This document shows positions 42,772-53,552 of a stretch of 64,000 bases of DNA, piece after piece (the stretch's first letter is position 1; each line of letters opens with the position of its first letter). Under the pieces are notes generated by a model. It ran no database searches. It was not told the origin of the DNA and saw only the letters and a program-made list of their open reading frames with translations. Both the position numbers and the translations under genes were made by a program. This DNA comes from Chlamydiales bacterium (GTDB lineage Bacteria; Chlamydiota; Chlamydiia; Chlamydiales; JAAZZY01). Where the stretch lies: the NCBI GenBank assembly GCA_965206695.1, contig CBDBKM010000013.1:96001-160000 (forward strand), read 5' to 3'.

Positions 42772-42993
42772 TTTTAGTTTACTATAACTGAGAGAGGCTA
42801 GCAACCGAATAGAAAAGATGTAAAATGGATCCATGTTTCCAATTAGTTCCAAAGAGGGAATCCATCATTATCTAAAATTTGTATGCTTGTCCCTTTTTTG
42901 GTGATTTCTTTAGCTAAAATCGTCTCTGCCCATGATTCACAACGCGCGCGCCCTCACTTTAATCTTACCTCCGACATTAAAATCCCTTCTAAA

Positions 42994-43828
42994 TAGTGTC
43001 GTCAAATTATAAAAATATGTTATAGTTTTTCTTTTTTTACAGGAAGGGTACAATGAACGAAATATCGCATAAACGTCACGATATATCGGATAAACTATGG
43101 CTGATTCTAGAGCCACATCCGGCGGGCGGGCGAGGGAAGGTGGGACGAAAAGCACATGACAATAGAACATTCATTAATGCAGTGCTGTGGATTTTAAGAA
43201 CAGGTGCTCCTTGGCGGGACATGCCACCGGATTATGGAGATTGGGAAAATACGCATAGGCCGCTTTACAAGATGGAGAGATAAAGGCATTTGGGAGCCTC
43301 TATTAAACATTGTTATGGATGATCCGGATTTTGAATGGTTAATGGTGGATGCTGGCCATGTGAAAGTTCACCCCCACGCTGCAGGTGCTGTAGGAGGAAA
43401 TAAAGATATGTCTCGTACAAAAAGGGGCTCGATACAAAAATACATTTGGCCGTGGATGCGTATGGTCTGCCGGTCAGAGTTATTGTTACAAAAGGCACAG
43501 AGGCTGATTGTAAACAAACTTGCAATTTAATTGAAGGATTTGAGGAAGAGTATTTATTAGCAGATCGAGGATATGATTCAAATCAAATTATTAAACAAAC
43601 AGATGAACAAGGAATAATAGTCGTTATTCCACCTAAAAAAAATAAAATAAAACAGCGTGAATATGATCAATATCTCTACAAAATCCGACATATGGTTGAA
43701 AATATATTTCTTCATCTAAAACGTTGGAGAGGGATTACAACTCGTTATGCAAAAAAAACATCGTCTTTTCTCGCCGCATTACAGATTCGATGCATGATTG
43801 TATGGAGTAAAATAATTTGACGACACTA
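42994..43828 (+). mobile_element. IS5-family (IS427-like) element, frameshifted
   Basis: 17-bp inverted repeats TAGTGTCGTCAAATTAT; LWILRTGAPWRDMP, LLADRGYD and KRWRGITTRY motifs. Confidence 0.92.
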
Positions 43829-43829
43829 T

Positions 43830-43915
43830 CTAGAACTTTTGATATACGAGGTAAGACCTAGAACTTTTGATATACGAGGTAAGACCTAGAACTTTTGATA
43901 TACGAGGTAAGACCT
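43830..43915. repeat. three exact tandem 28-bp repeats
   Basis: CTAGAACTTTTGATATACGAGGTAAGAC x3 with no spacers. Confidence 0.97.
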
Positions 43916-43925
43916 GCTATAAGAA

Positions 43926-44138
43926 TTAAAATTCGTCCATCATTAGCGATTTTTCATCCACAGCTAAAACATTTTGGTCTTCCGGCTGCTGTTGTTCTAG
44001 CTTTCTTCTAGCTTGGGCTTGTTCTTTTTCTAACTGTTCTAAAGCTTTTTTTCGTTCTCCTTCTGTCATATCTTCAGCCATAAGAGCATCTCTATTATCA
44101 GTTTTGTCTCTGTACCGGTCTGTAAGGGAGAAAAACAA
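43926..44138 (-). pseudogene. charged C-terminal fragment of an unknown protein
   Basis: EDMTEGERKKALEQLEKEQAQARRK; weak start, lies between IS remnants. Confidence 0.4.
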
Positions 44139-44336
44139 GACGACAGAGGTAGGTAAAAAATTTGTATTTTAATTTCATTAATTTATTCTATGCTACAGCT
44201 TTCTTAAACCGTTTTTCAAAATTAATAGGTGTTTGATATCTTAAAGCTGAGTGCAAAAGAGTTGTTATATTTGTTAATCCATTGATGTAGCTCATTGCTT
44301 AATACATCCATGGCCATATTACCTTTAAGGTTATTA

Positions 44337-44890
44337 TATAGTACTTTGAATTAGCTCAAAAAATCTCTATTGGGTTTAAGTCAGGAGAATATAGAGAAAG
44401 AAACAGAAGTTTGCATCCGGCTGATTCAATTAATTCTGTTGTTTTTTTGGATTTGTGACAAGTTGCATTGTCTAGAATGACTGTTTGACTTGAAATGAGT
44501 TCCGGAACAAGAAATTGTTCTACCCAAAAATTGAACAGATCCGTATTAGCAGTCCCTTGGTAACAAAAAGGTGCAATAATTTTAGAACCCGCTTTCCCTG
44601 TTACAAAACTTTCTCGTTGATAACGTTTTCCTGAGATAAAACCCTTAACCTGATGGCCTATTGTCTTCCATATAGTTGTCGATACCACTTTTATTAACGT
44701 AGACCTGTTGCTTTTTCGGAATATCTTGCAGAGTATTCATGAAGATGATCCTTGTTTCTTCATCTCGTTCCTTATAACTGACCGTTTTTTTTTAATAATC
44801 TTCAATCTTTTATGTACATAAAAGATTGAAGACGGGTCTACTTGAAATTCTTCAGCTATTGCTCTTAGGTCAGCCTCGGGATATTTGAGC
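44337..44890 (-). mobile_element. IS630-family remnant (type d)
   Basis: APFCYQGT, ILDNATCHKS and YSPDLNPIE motifs; multiple lesions. Confidence 0.85.
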
Positions 44891-45146
44891 CCCGCTAAAT
44901 TTGAAGAAAAACATGAGAATAGTCTATGCTAACAGTATCTACAAAAATGGGGGAAGATCAAAAATATCTACATAACCAATATATTTGTTTAATCTAAGAA
45001 AAAGCTGTAGCATAAAAATATTAATTTATCAAATAATTGTTTTATACAAATAAACCATAACCTTCTTAATTACAGCGCATTAAAGGTTTTATGAGTCTCC
45101 GATTCCTAGATAACTTAGTCCAAGAATATTAAGTATCTTTAAATAC

Positions 45147-45277
45147 TAGACTTGTTGCGATTTAAATTTTTAGTGATTTCTGATAAGTTTTTTCAGAACA
45201 CTATCAAGGCGAGCAGACGATTAAAGGACTTTTAAAACGAGCTAAGGTGATACAACTCGTATTGCGCAACAAGTCTA
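45147..45277. mobile_element. MITE family B, copy 1
   Basis: TAGACTTGTTGCG / CGCAACAAGTCTA ends; truncated copy at 63694-63800. Confidence 0.85.
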
Positions 45278-45506
45278 TGCATCTAGTTTCGAGTAAATGT
45301 GGCCTATATGCAATCTAAAGCTGGCATAAATAAACTAATTTCTTTAAAATACTCTTTTGATTTTTTAGAAATTTGATAGAAACAAAAAAGGAATATCGAA
45401 TCGAAAATTACTTTTGAATTCTTTTCAAAAAAATTATAAATTTTGTAGAAAGGTAATTTAAATTTTTTGTGTATTTTTTTATAAACCATAACCAATAGGT
45501 AAAATT

Positions 45507-45839
45507 ATGATTAATTCAGTATCAACAAACCCTTGCTTCACTCCACCTCTACAAAAAGACCCTTCAGCTGATCTAAATCAAGCTCAAGATGCTTTAAACA
45601 GTATGCAAGTATATTTGGCAGCAAATAACCTTAAAGCGATGCAAACAGAGGCTAATAACATCCGTTGTGCCGGTGCTGACTATGCTGCCGATACCAACCA
45701 AAGCGAGGCAGGACAAGCTTTCTGTACTGATATGAACGATTTGTCTGTTACTATTCTTAACACAATTGAATCTAAAGATCTAAAAGCTCTACCGGTTTTA
45801 TTTGATCAAGTTCAAACAAGAATCACGCAAGAAAGATAA
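45507..45839 (+). CDS. hypothetical protein
   Basis: 110-aa ORF followed by a terminator. Confidence 0.65.
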   Translation: MINSVSTNPCFTPPLQKDPSADLNQAQDALNSMQVYLAANNLKAMQTEANNIRCAGADYAADTNQSEAGQAFCTDMNDLSVTILNTIESKDLKALPVLFDQVQTRITQER

Positions 45840-45851
45840 TCTTTTTATATA

Positions 45852-45884
45852 ACAAGAAGGCTCTTAATAAGCCTTCTTGTTTTT
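45852..45884 (+). terminator. rho-independent terminator
   Basis: ACAAGAAGGCT-CTTAATA-AGCCTTCTTGT followed by a T-run. Confidence 0.75.
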
Positions 45885-46143
45885 CTTCAACTTAAATAAT
45901 CATATAATCAAGGACTTACGATACTTTTTCAACATAACTGATTCTTCTTTTTTAACCCCTCTCTAAAAACATTTTATTAATCAAATGTTCCTAAATTATT
46001 AGAATAGTTTTATGTGGAATAGGTTAATTGTTTCTATAAACAACTTTTTAAGCTTTATTATTTAATAAAGTTATATTTTTAATTTTTAATTAACAATTAA
46101 TGCATATAATTATCTTAATATCAAAATATAATATAGGTATATT

Positions 46144-46789
46144 ATGAGTATTTTTAGTAGTGAAAACCCAAACGTGCTTTCACCCTACCTTCTTTCCTTT
46201 TTTTTTGATCCTGTCCCCAATGAACCTCCACCTATCCCTAATGAATTTTCAATTTCATCCTCCCCCAAAAAAAGACAGTTTAGTGACAAAAATGGAAAGG
46301 AAGTGCCTCAAAAAAAGCAACGTAGATGCCGGAATAATCCTATCTCAAGAGCGGGTCCAAAATATAGTGAACAACCTATGCCTATAATACATCAAATTAA
46401 ATACCGGAAGAGTCTCCTCAAGCAGGAGGTTGAATGTCAGAAGAATTCTTCTACAAGTCCGGATAAAGAACATAGTGAATTAGCTGAAAAACAAAAAGTT
46501 ATAACAAATCAACGTAAATACATTAGATACCTGAAGCGTCAATACAAGAAGGAGAAAGGCTCGCAGCATTCTTCCGCAAGTCCAAATAAAAAACCTACGC
46601 AAGACTCCTCCTGCAGACCAAAAGAAACTATAGAGCGAACATCTATAACACACCGACTTAAACACCTGAAGAAGAGACTCGTTGAGATTGAAGAGCAGCA
46701 GATGAAACTCAGGGAACAGGCAGGTCAATAACATAGTGAAAAACAGAGAGAAGACACTATAACTCAAACTACAACTCAAATGGATATAG
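46144..46789 (+). pseudogene. basic, Ser/Pro-rich coiled-coil protein with NLS-like motifs; nonsense at 46729-46731, then cut by IS5
   Basis: SPKKRQ and KKQRRCR; TAA-CAT-AGT-GAA mirrors an earlier GAA-CAT-AGT-GAA; the frame stays open to the IS end. Confidence 0.55.
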
Positions 46790-47130
46790 TAGACTTCTTT
46801 CGAAACTCATTGTGCCACCTCCAAATTGTAAATGCCGGCAATTAGATTAAAACGAAGAGCAAACCTTTTACGCCTATTTCCGTAACGATCAGTTATAATC
46901 TTGAATCGCTTTAAACGGGCAATGACATGTTCATTGAGAACTCGTTCTTTGGAAAGCTGTCGATTGCGTTTCTTATCATCTTTAGTCAATGGCTTCTTTT
47001 TACTTTTTTTCTTTGGCATTTGGGTCTTAGTGTGAATATCTTGTAGACCTTGATATCCGGTATCAGTCAACACATTTATTTCCGGACGGATTTGTATTTT
47101 TGACTCTTTGAATAATCTGAAATCATGTAG
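46790..47130 (-). mobile_element. IS5-family (ISL2-like) element, 3' half
   Basis: DTGYQG, NEHVIARLKRFKI and LRFNLIAGIYN motifs; end TAGACTTCTTTCGAAA. Confidence 0.9.
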
Positions 47131-48898
47131 CCGACATTCCTAGACCGTAAGATATTTTTTTTGAATTAGAATTATAGATTGCCTATCCTGTTACTTTTTA
47201 TTTGATACAAGGAGAAAAGTTATGCCGGAAGTTGCAGGAGATAATATTCAAACAGTGAACATGGATCACCATGGATTAATTGCAGCACTTTGCAGCGATC
47301 TAAAAGTAGCGGAAAGGATTGATACCGGATTAAAAAATCATCCACAAAGAAAAGTAAGTGCGGGACAAGCAGTAATTGCAATGATTCTGAATGGATTAGG
47401 GTTTACTAATAGACGTCTCTACCTAACACATCAATTTTTTGCTTCTAAATCGATAGAGAATTTACTTGGCAACGATCTTCGAGCAGAAGATCTCACAGAT
47501 TATACTTTAGGTCATGCTTTGGATGATATTGCGAAATATGGGAGCAGTAAATTATTTGCTGAAGTTTCTTTTGGAATAGCCCTAGACCATGATTTACTAC
47601 AAAAAACTCATCATCTAGATACAACAAGCTTTTCCGTTCATGGGTCGTATGAAGTGAAAGATGATCCGCAAGTGATTGAGATTAAGCAGGGTTATTCTAA
47701 AGATCATAGACCTGATTTGAAACAAGTTGTACTTTCTCTCGTTACCAATGGTCCGAGTTCTATGCCTCTATGGATGGAAGCCTTAGACGGCAATAGTTCT
47801 GATAAAGCAAGTTTTCATGAGACGCTCAAAAAAATCAGTGAATTTCAATAACAGATTGATGTAAAAACAAAGTTTAAGTGGGTTGCCGATTCAGCGTTAT
47901 ACACAAAAGAAAAGCTCTTAAAAAATAATGATTATAAATGGCTCACCCGAGTTCCCGAGATAATAGGAGAAGCAAAAAGATTAGTAGAAAAACCGGAAGA
48001 AGAAATTGATTGGATTGATCAGGAGAAAGGATATAAAACATGCAGCTTCACCTCTTTTTATGGAGGGATTAAACAAAGATGGCTTTTGGTTTTTTCAGAG
48101 CAAGCCTATCAGAGAGAGATAAAATCATTAGAAAAAAAATTGACCAAGGCAGAAGAAAAGCTCAAGAAACAACTTTGGCATTTGGGTAATGAGGAATTTA
48201 AATGCGAAAGTGATGCTAAAAAAGCTTGGGGCAGATTGACTAAAAAAAATCATTTATATTCCATGAATAGTGAGATATTGCCGATTCTAAAATATGGTAA
48301 ATTAGGCAAACCTAAACAAGGAGAGGAAAAACAAGTTGTTGGATACAAGATTCATGCTAGCTTTGAAAGGGAAGAAGAAGAAATTAATAAACTGATGAAT
48401 AGAAAAGGACGGTTTATTTTAGCTGCGAATGACACCGATAGAGAAAATTATAAAGATGAGATGATGTTAGAAGAATATAAAGAACAGCAAAAGGTTGAAG
48501 GAGGGTTTCGCTTTTTAAAAGATCCTTGGTTTATGGTTGATTCTATTTTTTTAAAAACCCCTCGACGCATTGAAGCATTAATGATGGTTATGACATTGTG
48601 TTTAATGGTTTATAATATCGGACAATATCAACTTCGACAAAAATTGATAGAAACAGAAGAGACATTACCCAACCAATTAGGAAAGGAAGTCAAAAATCCA
48701 ACATTAAGATGGATTTTCCAAATTATGGAAGGTATCGGAATAATCCGTTTTTTTCAGAAGACTTCCCGGAGAATTTGTAAAGAAATGATCACAAATTTAA
48801 CCCGTCTTCGGAAAAAGATTATTGTTTTGTTTGGAAAGACTGCAATGAGGATGTATGGCTTAATTAGAAAAACTTGTTTAGAGGTCTAGGAATGTCGG
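47131..48898 (+). mobile_element. IS1634-family element, copy 2 (CAA to TAA nonsense at 47849)
   Basis: 1768 bp, same inverted repeats as copy 1; flanks ATGTAG and ATGAAA. Confidence 0.95.
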
Positions 48899-49402
48899 AT
48901 GAAAGATTTAAAAAATATTCCCTTTGACAAGAGAATTTATCTCGATGAAACCGGGATTCATCAATTTTTATTTCGTGAGTCCGGAAGAAGCTTACGCGGC
49001 AAAAAAGTTTTTGGAGCGGTTTCAGGAAACCGCTTTATAAGGCAAAATATTATTTCAGCCCTATCTAAAGGGCAGTTTTTATCTCCAATGTGTTTTGAAG
49101 GTACTTGTAATACCGGGTTATTCAATATTTGGCTTAAGGAAGTTTTGACTCCTCAGCTTACACCCGGTAGTGTTCTTATTCTTGACAATGCAGGTTTTCA
49201 CAAGTCAGCGGAAAGCAGGAAAATAGTAGAATCTGCCGGTTGTAAGCTTATGTTTCTTCCTCCATATTCTCCGGACTTAAATCCTATAGAAAAATATTGG
49301 GCTAATATGAAAAATAAAGTTAGAGAGATATTACGAAAAGTTACGAATTTTACATTCGCCATTGATCAAGCAATCTTATCAATGTAAAATTAAATGACTA
49401 TA
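48899..49402 (+). mobile_element. IS630 type a, 3' half
   Basis: orfB plus right end; continues 26191-26630. Confidence 0.95.
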
Positions 49403-49626
49403 GATGTATTGAAAAAGATGTTTCACTCGTTCTTTCGTTTGCAGTTTGGATCCTTTACCGGCTGATCCTCCCTTGGTATCAGGCTGAGTTTTTCCTTCTG
49501 ATTGAAATTCCCTTATAATATGCATAAACACTCGACCGGCTTAAGCACAGAACATGAGCAATGTAATCAGAGACCCGGGGCCCTCATCTCGTGCAAAAAG
49601 TGCACAGAAACGATTATATTCATTTA
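49403..49626 (-). mobile_element. IS630 type b, 5' portion
   Basis: Matches about 59500-59720, which in that copy directly follows the sequence matching about 25940-25970. Confidence 0.8.
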
Positions 49627-49711
49627 AACCTTTGAAGATCGTGTTAGACTAACACTTGTTAACAATGGTCGTTGAATTAAAAATTCCTTCTTTTTGGTTG
49701 GGGGCTGTCAA
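49623..49711 (+). mobile_element. TnpB right-end/omega-RNA-like remnant
   Basis: Homologous to 62725-62834; ends GGGGCTGTCAA immediately against the ppc stop codon. Confidence 0.6.
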
Positions 49712-52264
49712 TTAAGCAGAATTACGACAGGCATTTATATTTGCTGCAATAGACTTCAAGATCATTCTATAATATATTTGATAATCTTCATCAGCCTCAT
49801 CAAGATAACGAATCTTATCTAAAGCATACTGTTGAATAACGAGTAGAGGAACAATCACTTCCTCCCTTTTTTTAATTGATTGCTTTATAATAGGATCTTT
49901 TTGTAATAGCTCTTGAGTCTCAGAAATTTTCAACACCATCTCTTCTGTTAGTTTAGCCTCATCAGCTATAATATTCCAAAAATCAGAATAGACTTTATCA
50001 TCTTTCAAATATTGAGTTAGAAAAAGATTGGTTTTAGACAAGCTTTGCATGCAATTATCGATAAGTGTAGAGAAAAATGGCGATGATCGATATAATTTCT
50101 TAAGGCCTTTTTCTTTCCCCTTTTCAATAAGATTTAAAATAGCTGTTCCTACCCCAAAAAAACCGGGGACATTTTGTTTCATTACGCTCCAACTAGCAAC
50201 AAATGGAATCGCTCTTAAATCCTCGAAAACAAGAGAATTGCTATTTTTTCGTTTAATCGGTCTACTGGCTATTTTCATATCAGAGAAAAACTTTAAAGGG
50301 GTAATTTCTTCTAAATAAGATATAAATAGTGGGTGGTCTTTAAAAGACTGATAACACTCCGAACTCTTTAGCGATAATTCTTCAATTAAATTTAATGATT
50401 TTTCAGATAGTGATCTTGTTTCCTTAAAAATATATTCTTCTATTCCGGCTGTGAATATTTTTTCAACATTATAAATAGCAGCTGTATTCGTGCCGTAATT
50501 AGAAGATATCGTCTGACCTTGGATGGTTAACTGCACTTCGTCTTGGGTAATCATTTGACTCATCCCCTTATAATACCGATGAGTATTTCCTCCTCCTCGT
50601 GCCGGAGGACCTCCTCTACCATCAAAAAACACAATCTGCACTTTATATTTTTTAGATAGTTTACTTAAGGCTTGTTTACATTTTAATATGGCCCAATTAG
50701 CGGTTATATATCCCCCGTCTTTTGTCCCGTCTGAAAAACCTAACATGATGTACTGCTTCATCTTTCTTTTTTTAAGATGCTCCATATAAACAGGACTTGA
50801 ATAGAGCTCTTCCATGATCCGTTCACTCTGATCTAAATCACCAATTGTTTCAAAAAGAGGAACAACATCTAATGTCAAATGATCCAAGTCCCAACCGGAC
50901 CGGATTGCTAAAAAAATCACCTCTAAGAGATGACAACTATTTTGAGTGTTACTGATAATATAACGATGAATAGCTCTTTCGCCACTTTTAACCTGATAAT
51001 CTTTAGCAATATTCAAATATTGAAAAGCATCTTGAAGCTCCTCTGAAATAGAATTTAAGTCTATTTGAATTTTTGTATTTTCAAGAATACAGGTTTCTAA
51101 TTTTTTAAATTTTTGATTGGGGTTTAAGCTAAAATAATTGTCTATCAGCTCCTCTACCATGTGGGTATGAATACGGCTATCTTGTCTTAAATCTAATGAA
51201 GCAAAATAAAAACCAAAGATTTTTACCTTATTAATTAATTCCTCAACTTTTTCAGAAAAAAGGCCTCCATGATCCTCTTGAAGCTTATGTGATAAATTGG
51301 TTAATGCAATAATAAAGTCCTCTGCACTACTAAAGTGATCTTCTTTATAAATTAAGGTATTCTTTAATTTTTTTTTTATTTGCGTAACTTCATTTTCCAT
51401 TCCCTTAAAAGTAAGCTTCTTATTTAAATAGCTTAAATCATCTAAATAAAGATGCAGAATCTCTTTTCTTAATACTTCTAAAACTTTATCTGTGGTATCC
51501 GGCTTGACAAAAGGGTTCCCGTCTCTATCGCCGCCGGGCCAAAATCCCATTTCTAACATAGGAGCTAATTTTTCCAAGTTAAATGGTCTGATAATATTTA
51601 TTAGATTGGAGCGAATTCTAGGCAGTACATGATAGAAAATCTTTTTCAAGTATCTAATCAGCGTCAAAGCTTCATCTATCGGTGTAGGCCGCTCCTTTTT
51701 ATGAAATGTCGTTTTCCCCATTTGCCGGAGAAGTTCTAACATCTCCCTAATATCACCTTTTTTAATAGCGTTAATGAGATCTTCTCTAATATTCAATATA
51801 GGTTCGGGATAAAACTCTGTAGGATGAGCCGTTAAGACAATACGAATCGCATAATGGCTAAGGGTGTTATGATAGGAGTCAACCTTGTTAGACTCAATAA
51901 CTCGATTTAAAAAATAGTAGATACTACCGGGCCCTTTCATATCTACATAACGCTGTAAAAAAGCCTCTTCAATAGAGTCAAATAATAAAACCTGCCTTTC
52001 GATAAAAAGCAGAAAGAGAAACAGCATTTCATGCTTCTTTCTCTTATCATCAACTTTAAGTAATTTATCGATAAAATCTTTAATAAGCTCTTTAGGATGC
52101 TTACCTTGATTAAGACCCCGAAGACAAATTTCTGAGAAAACAGGTAATTGTGATCCGATATAAGTAATTTTTTCAAATGGCAGATCTAAGAACAAGCCAT
52201 TATATATCTGATACTTAAGAATCACATGCTCATAAAAATTATCTAAGCAATCGTTTTTAATCAC
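49712..52264 (-). CDS. ppc: phosphoenolpyruvate carboxylase
   Basis: VLTAHPT, GGDRDGN, PLFET, MLGFSDGTKDGG, GRGGPPARGGG, LRAIP and RNSA motifs. Confidence 0.96.
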   Translation of the reverse strand: MIKNDCLDNFYEHVILKYQIYNGLFLDLPFEKITYIGSQLPVFSEICLRGLNQGKHPKELIKDFIDKLLKVDDKRKKHEMLFLFLLFIERQVLLFDSIEEAFLQRYVDMKGPGSIYYFLNRVIESNKVDSYHNTLSHYAIRIVLTAHPTEFYPEPILNIREDLINAIKKGDIREMLELLRQMGKTTFHKKERPTPIDEALTLIRYLKKIFYHVLPRIRSNLINIIRPFNLEKLAPMLEMGFWPGGDRDGNPFVKPDTTDKVLEVLRKEILHLYLDDLSYLNKKLTFKGMENEVTQIKKKLKNTLIYKEDHFSSAEDFIIALTNLSHKLQEDHGGLFSEKVEELINKVKIFGFYFASLDLRQDSRIHTHMVEELIDNYFSLNPNQKFKKLETCILENTKIQIDLNSISEELQDAFQYLNIAKDYQVKSGERAIHRYIISNTQNSCHLLEVIFLAIRSGWDLDHLTLDVVPLFETIGDLDQSERIMEELYSSPVYMEHLKKRKMKQYIMLGFSDGTKDGGYITANWAILKCKQALSKLSKKYKVQIVFFDGRGGPPARGGGNTHRYYKGMSQMITQDEVQLTIQGQTISSNYGTNTAAIYNVEKIFTAGIEEYIFKETRSLSEKSLNLIEELSLKSSECYQSFKDHPLFISYLEEITPLKFFSDMKIASRPIKRKNSNSLVFEDLRAIPFVASWSVMKQNVPGFFGVGTAILNLIEKGKEKGLKKLYRSSPFFSTLIDNCMQSLSKTNLFLTQYLKDDKVYSDFWNIIADEAKLTEEMVLKISETQELLQKDPIIKQSIKKREEVIVPLLVIQQYALDKIRYLDEADEDYQIYYRMILKSIAANINACRNSA

Positions 52265-52452
52265 TTTTTACCCCTTTAAAATTATTATCCTTGTTAACTT
52301 GAGTTTAATCGACCGGGTATAAATTGTTAATCAATCTAATGAAAAGATGCAATTTTTTGATTTAAAAGCCTTAGCATCAACAACTTTATTAGTTTTTAAT
52401 CGTTTTTTAATTCTATTAATACTATAATTAAAGCTCTATAAAAGGATTTATT

Positions 52453-52818
52453 ATGTTAAAAGTTATACTAATATCATTTGGAATCATTATTACAGCTCTT
52501 GCAATAACTCCTTATCTTTTTTCATTTAACAAACCTCCTGTACCCAAAAGCGTCATGATTCAAGACAAGTCATTAGAATTATATTTCATGAATTCTTGTC
52601 CTTTTTGTCATAAAGTATTAAACTTTGTGCAGCAAAATAATTTGCCGGTTGCGATCAACTACATTGATGATGATAATGAAAAACGAGATAAACTTCTTTC
52701 TATCGGGGGTAAATCCCAAGTCCCGTGTTTAGTTATGAATAATGAAGAAGCTCTGTATGAATCTAATGACATCATTAATTGGTTAAGAGCTAACGCGGAA
52801 CCTCCACCAATAGATTAG
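52453..52818 (+). CDS. membrane-anchored glutaredoxin
   Basis: N-terminal transmembrane segment; CPFC, QVPCL and LYESNDII motifs. Confidence 0.85.
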   Translation: MLKVILISFGIIITALAITPYLFSFNKPPVPKSVMIQDKSLELYFMNSCPFCHKVLNFVQQNNLPVAINYIDDDNEKRDKLLSIGGKSQVPCLVMNNEEALYESNDIINWLRANAEPPPID

Positions 52819-52828
52819 GTTTAAATTT

Positions 52829-53083
52829 ATGACCTTTACAAAAGAAATTGAGTCTACAATAAAGGCTACTTTATCCGATGCTTTAGTATATGTTTCTGAT
52901 CCAATGCAGGATAATACACATCTGGAAGCTGTCGTTATATCGGATAGATTTATCCAAATGAGTCTTGTCAAACAACACCAAACGGTTATGAATCTTTTAA
53001 AAGAACACTTCAATACGAGTTTGCATGCTTTAAAATTAAAGACGTTTACACCTGATCAATGGCAACAACAAAAAGACAATTAG
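52829..53083 (+). CDS. BolA/IbaG-family protein
   Basis: HLEAVVISDRF, HQTV and LHALKLKTFTP motifs. Confidence 0.9.
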   Translation: MTFTKEIESTIKATLSDALVYVSDPMQDNTHLEAVVISDRFIQMSLVKQHQTVMNLLKEHFNTSLHALKLKTFTPDQWQQQKDN

Positions 53084-53091
53084 GAGACGAC

Positions 53092-53418
53092 ATGAGTAAA
53101 ATAGATTCTATAAAAGAAAATATTCAAGCTGATATCACAAAACATCCTCTCATTCTTTATATGAAAGGTACTAGATTGACACCTCAATGTGGTTTTTCTG
53201 CACAGGTTGTTAAAATTTTAAACTCACTTCAGATACCTTATGAAACAAGAGATATTTTACAAGATAACGATCTAAGACAGGCCATTAAAGAATTTTCTGA
53301 TTGGCCAACTATCCCTCAATTATACGTTAATGGAGAGTTCATTGGTGGTTGTGATATCATCACTGAGTTGCACGAAAAAGGAGAACTTCGGAAGCAACTC
53401 AATAGTATTGTCAAATAA
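53092..53418 (+). CDS. grxD: monothiol glutaredoxin Grx4
   Basis: YMKGT, PQCGFS, WPTIPQLY and GGCDI motifs. Confidence 0.95.
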   Translation: MSKIDSIKENIQADITKHPLILYMKGTRLTPQCGFSAQVVKILNSLQIPYETRDILQDNDLRQAIKEFSDWPTIPQLYVNGEFIGGCDIITELHEKGELRKQLNSIVK

Positions 53419-53552
53419 ATAGATTCACTCTATTTATAATAAACTACTCTTTAAATAATGCTTTAATCTATAAATAAGCCAAAAAAAATCAGCAATAAAT
53501 ATACGATTCAAAAATTATATGGCACTCTTAGAATAAGAATAAAGATTAAGTT

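Noticed and set aside
43830..43915. CRISPR array (28-bp repeats)
   Set aside because: The repeats are head-to-tail with no spacers, and there are no cas genes in the window.
44170..44290. IS3-family C-terminal fragment (LHSALRYQTPINFE on the minus strand)
   Set aside because: Plausible but too short to delimit or classify with confidence.
26722..48889. Simple composite transposon formed by two independent IS1634 insertions around a linear chromosomal segment
   Set aside because: This would not give identical inner ATGTAG flanks that rejoin a single IS5 gene in permuted order.
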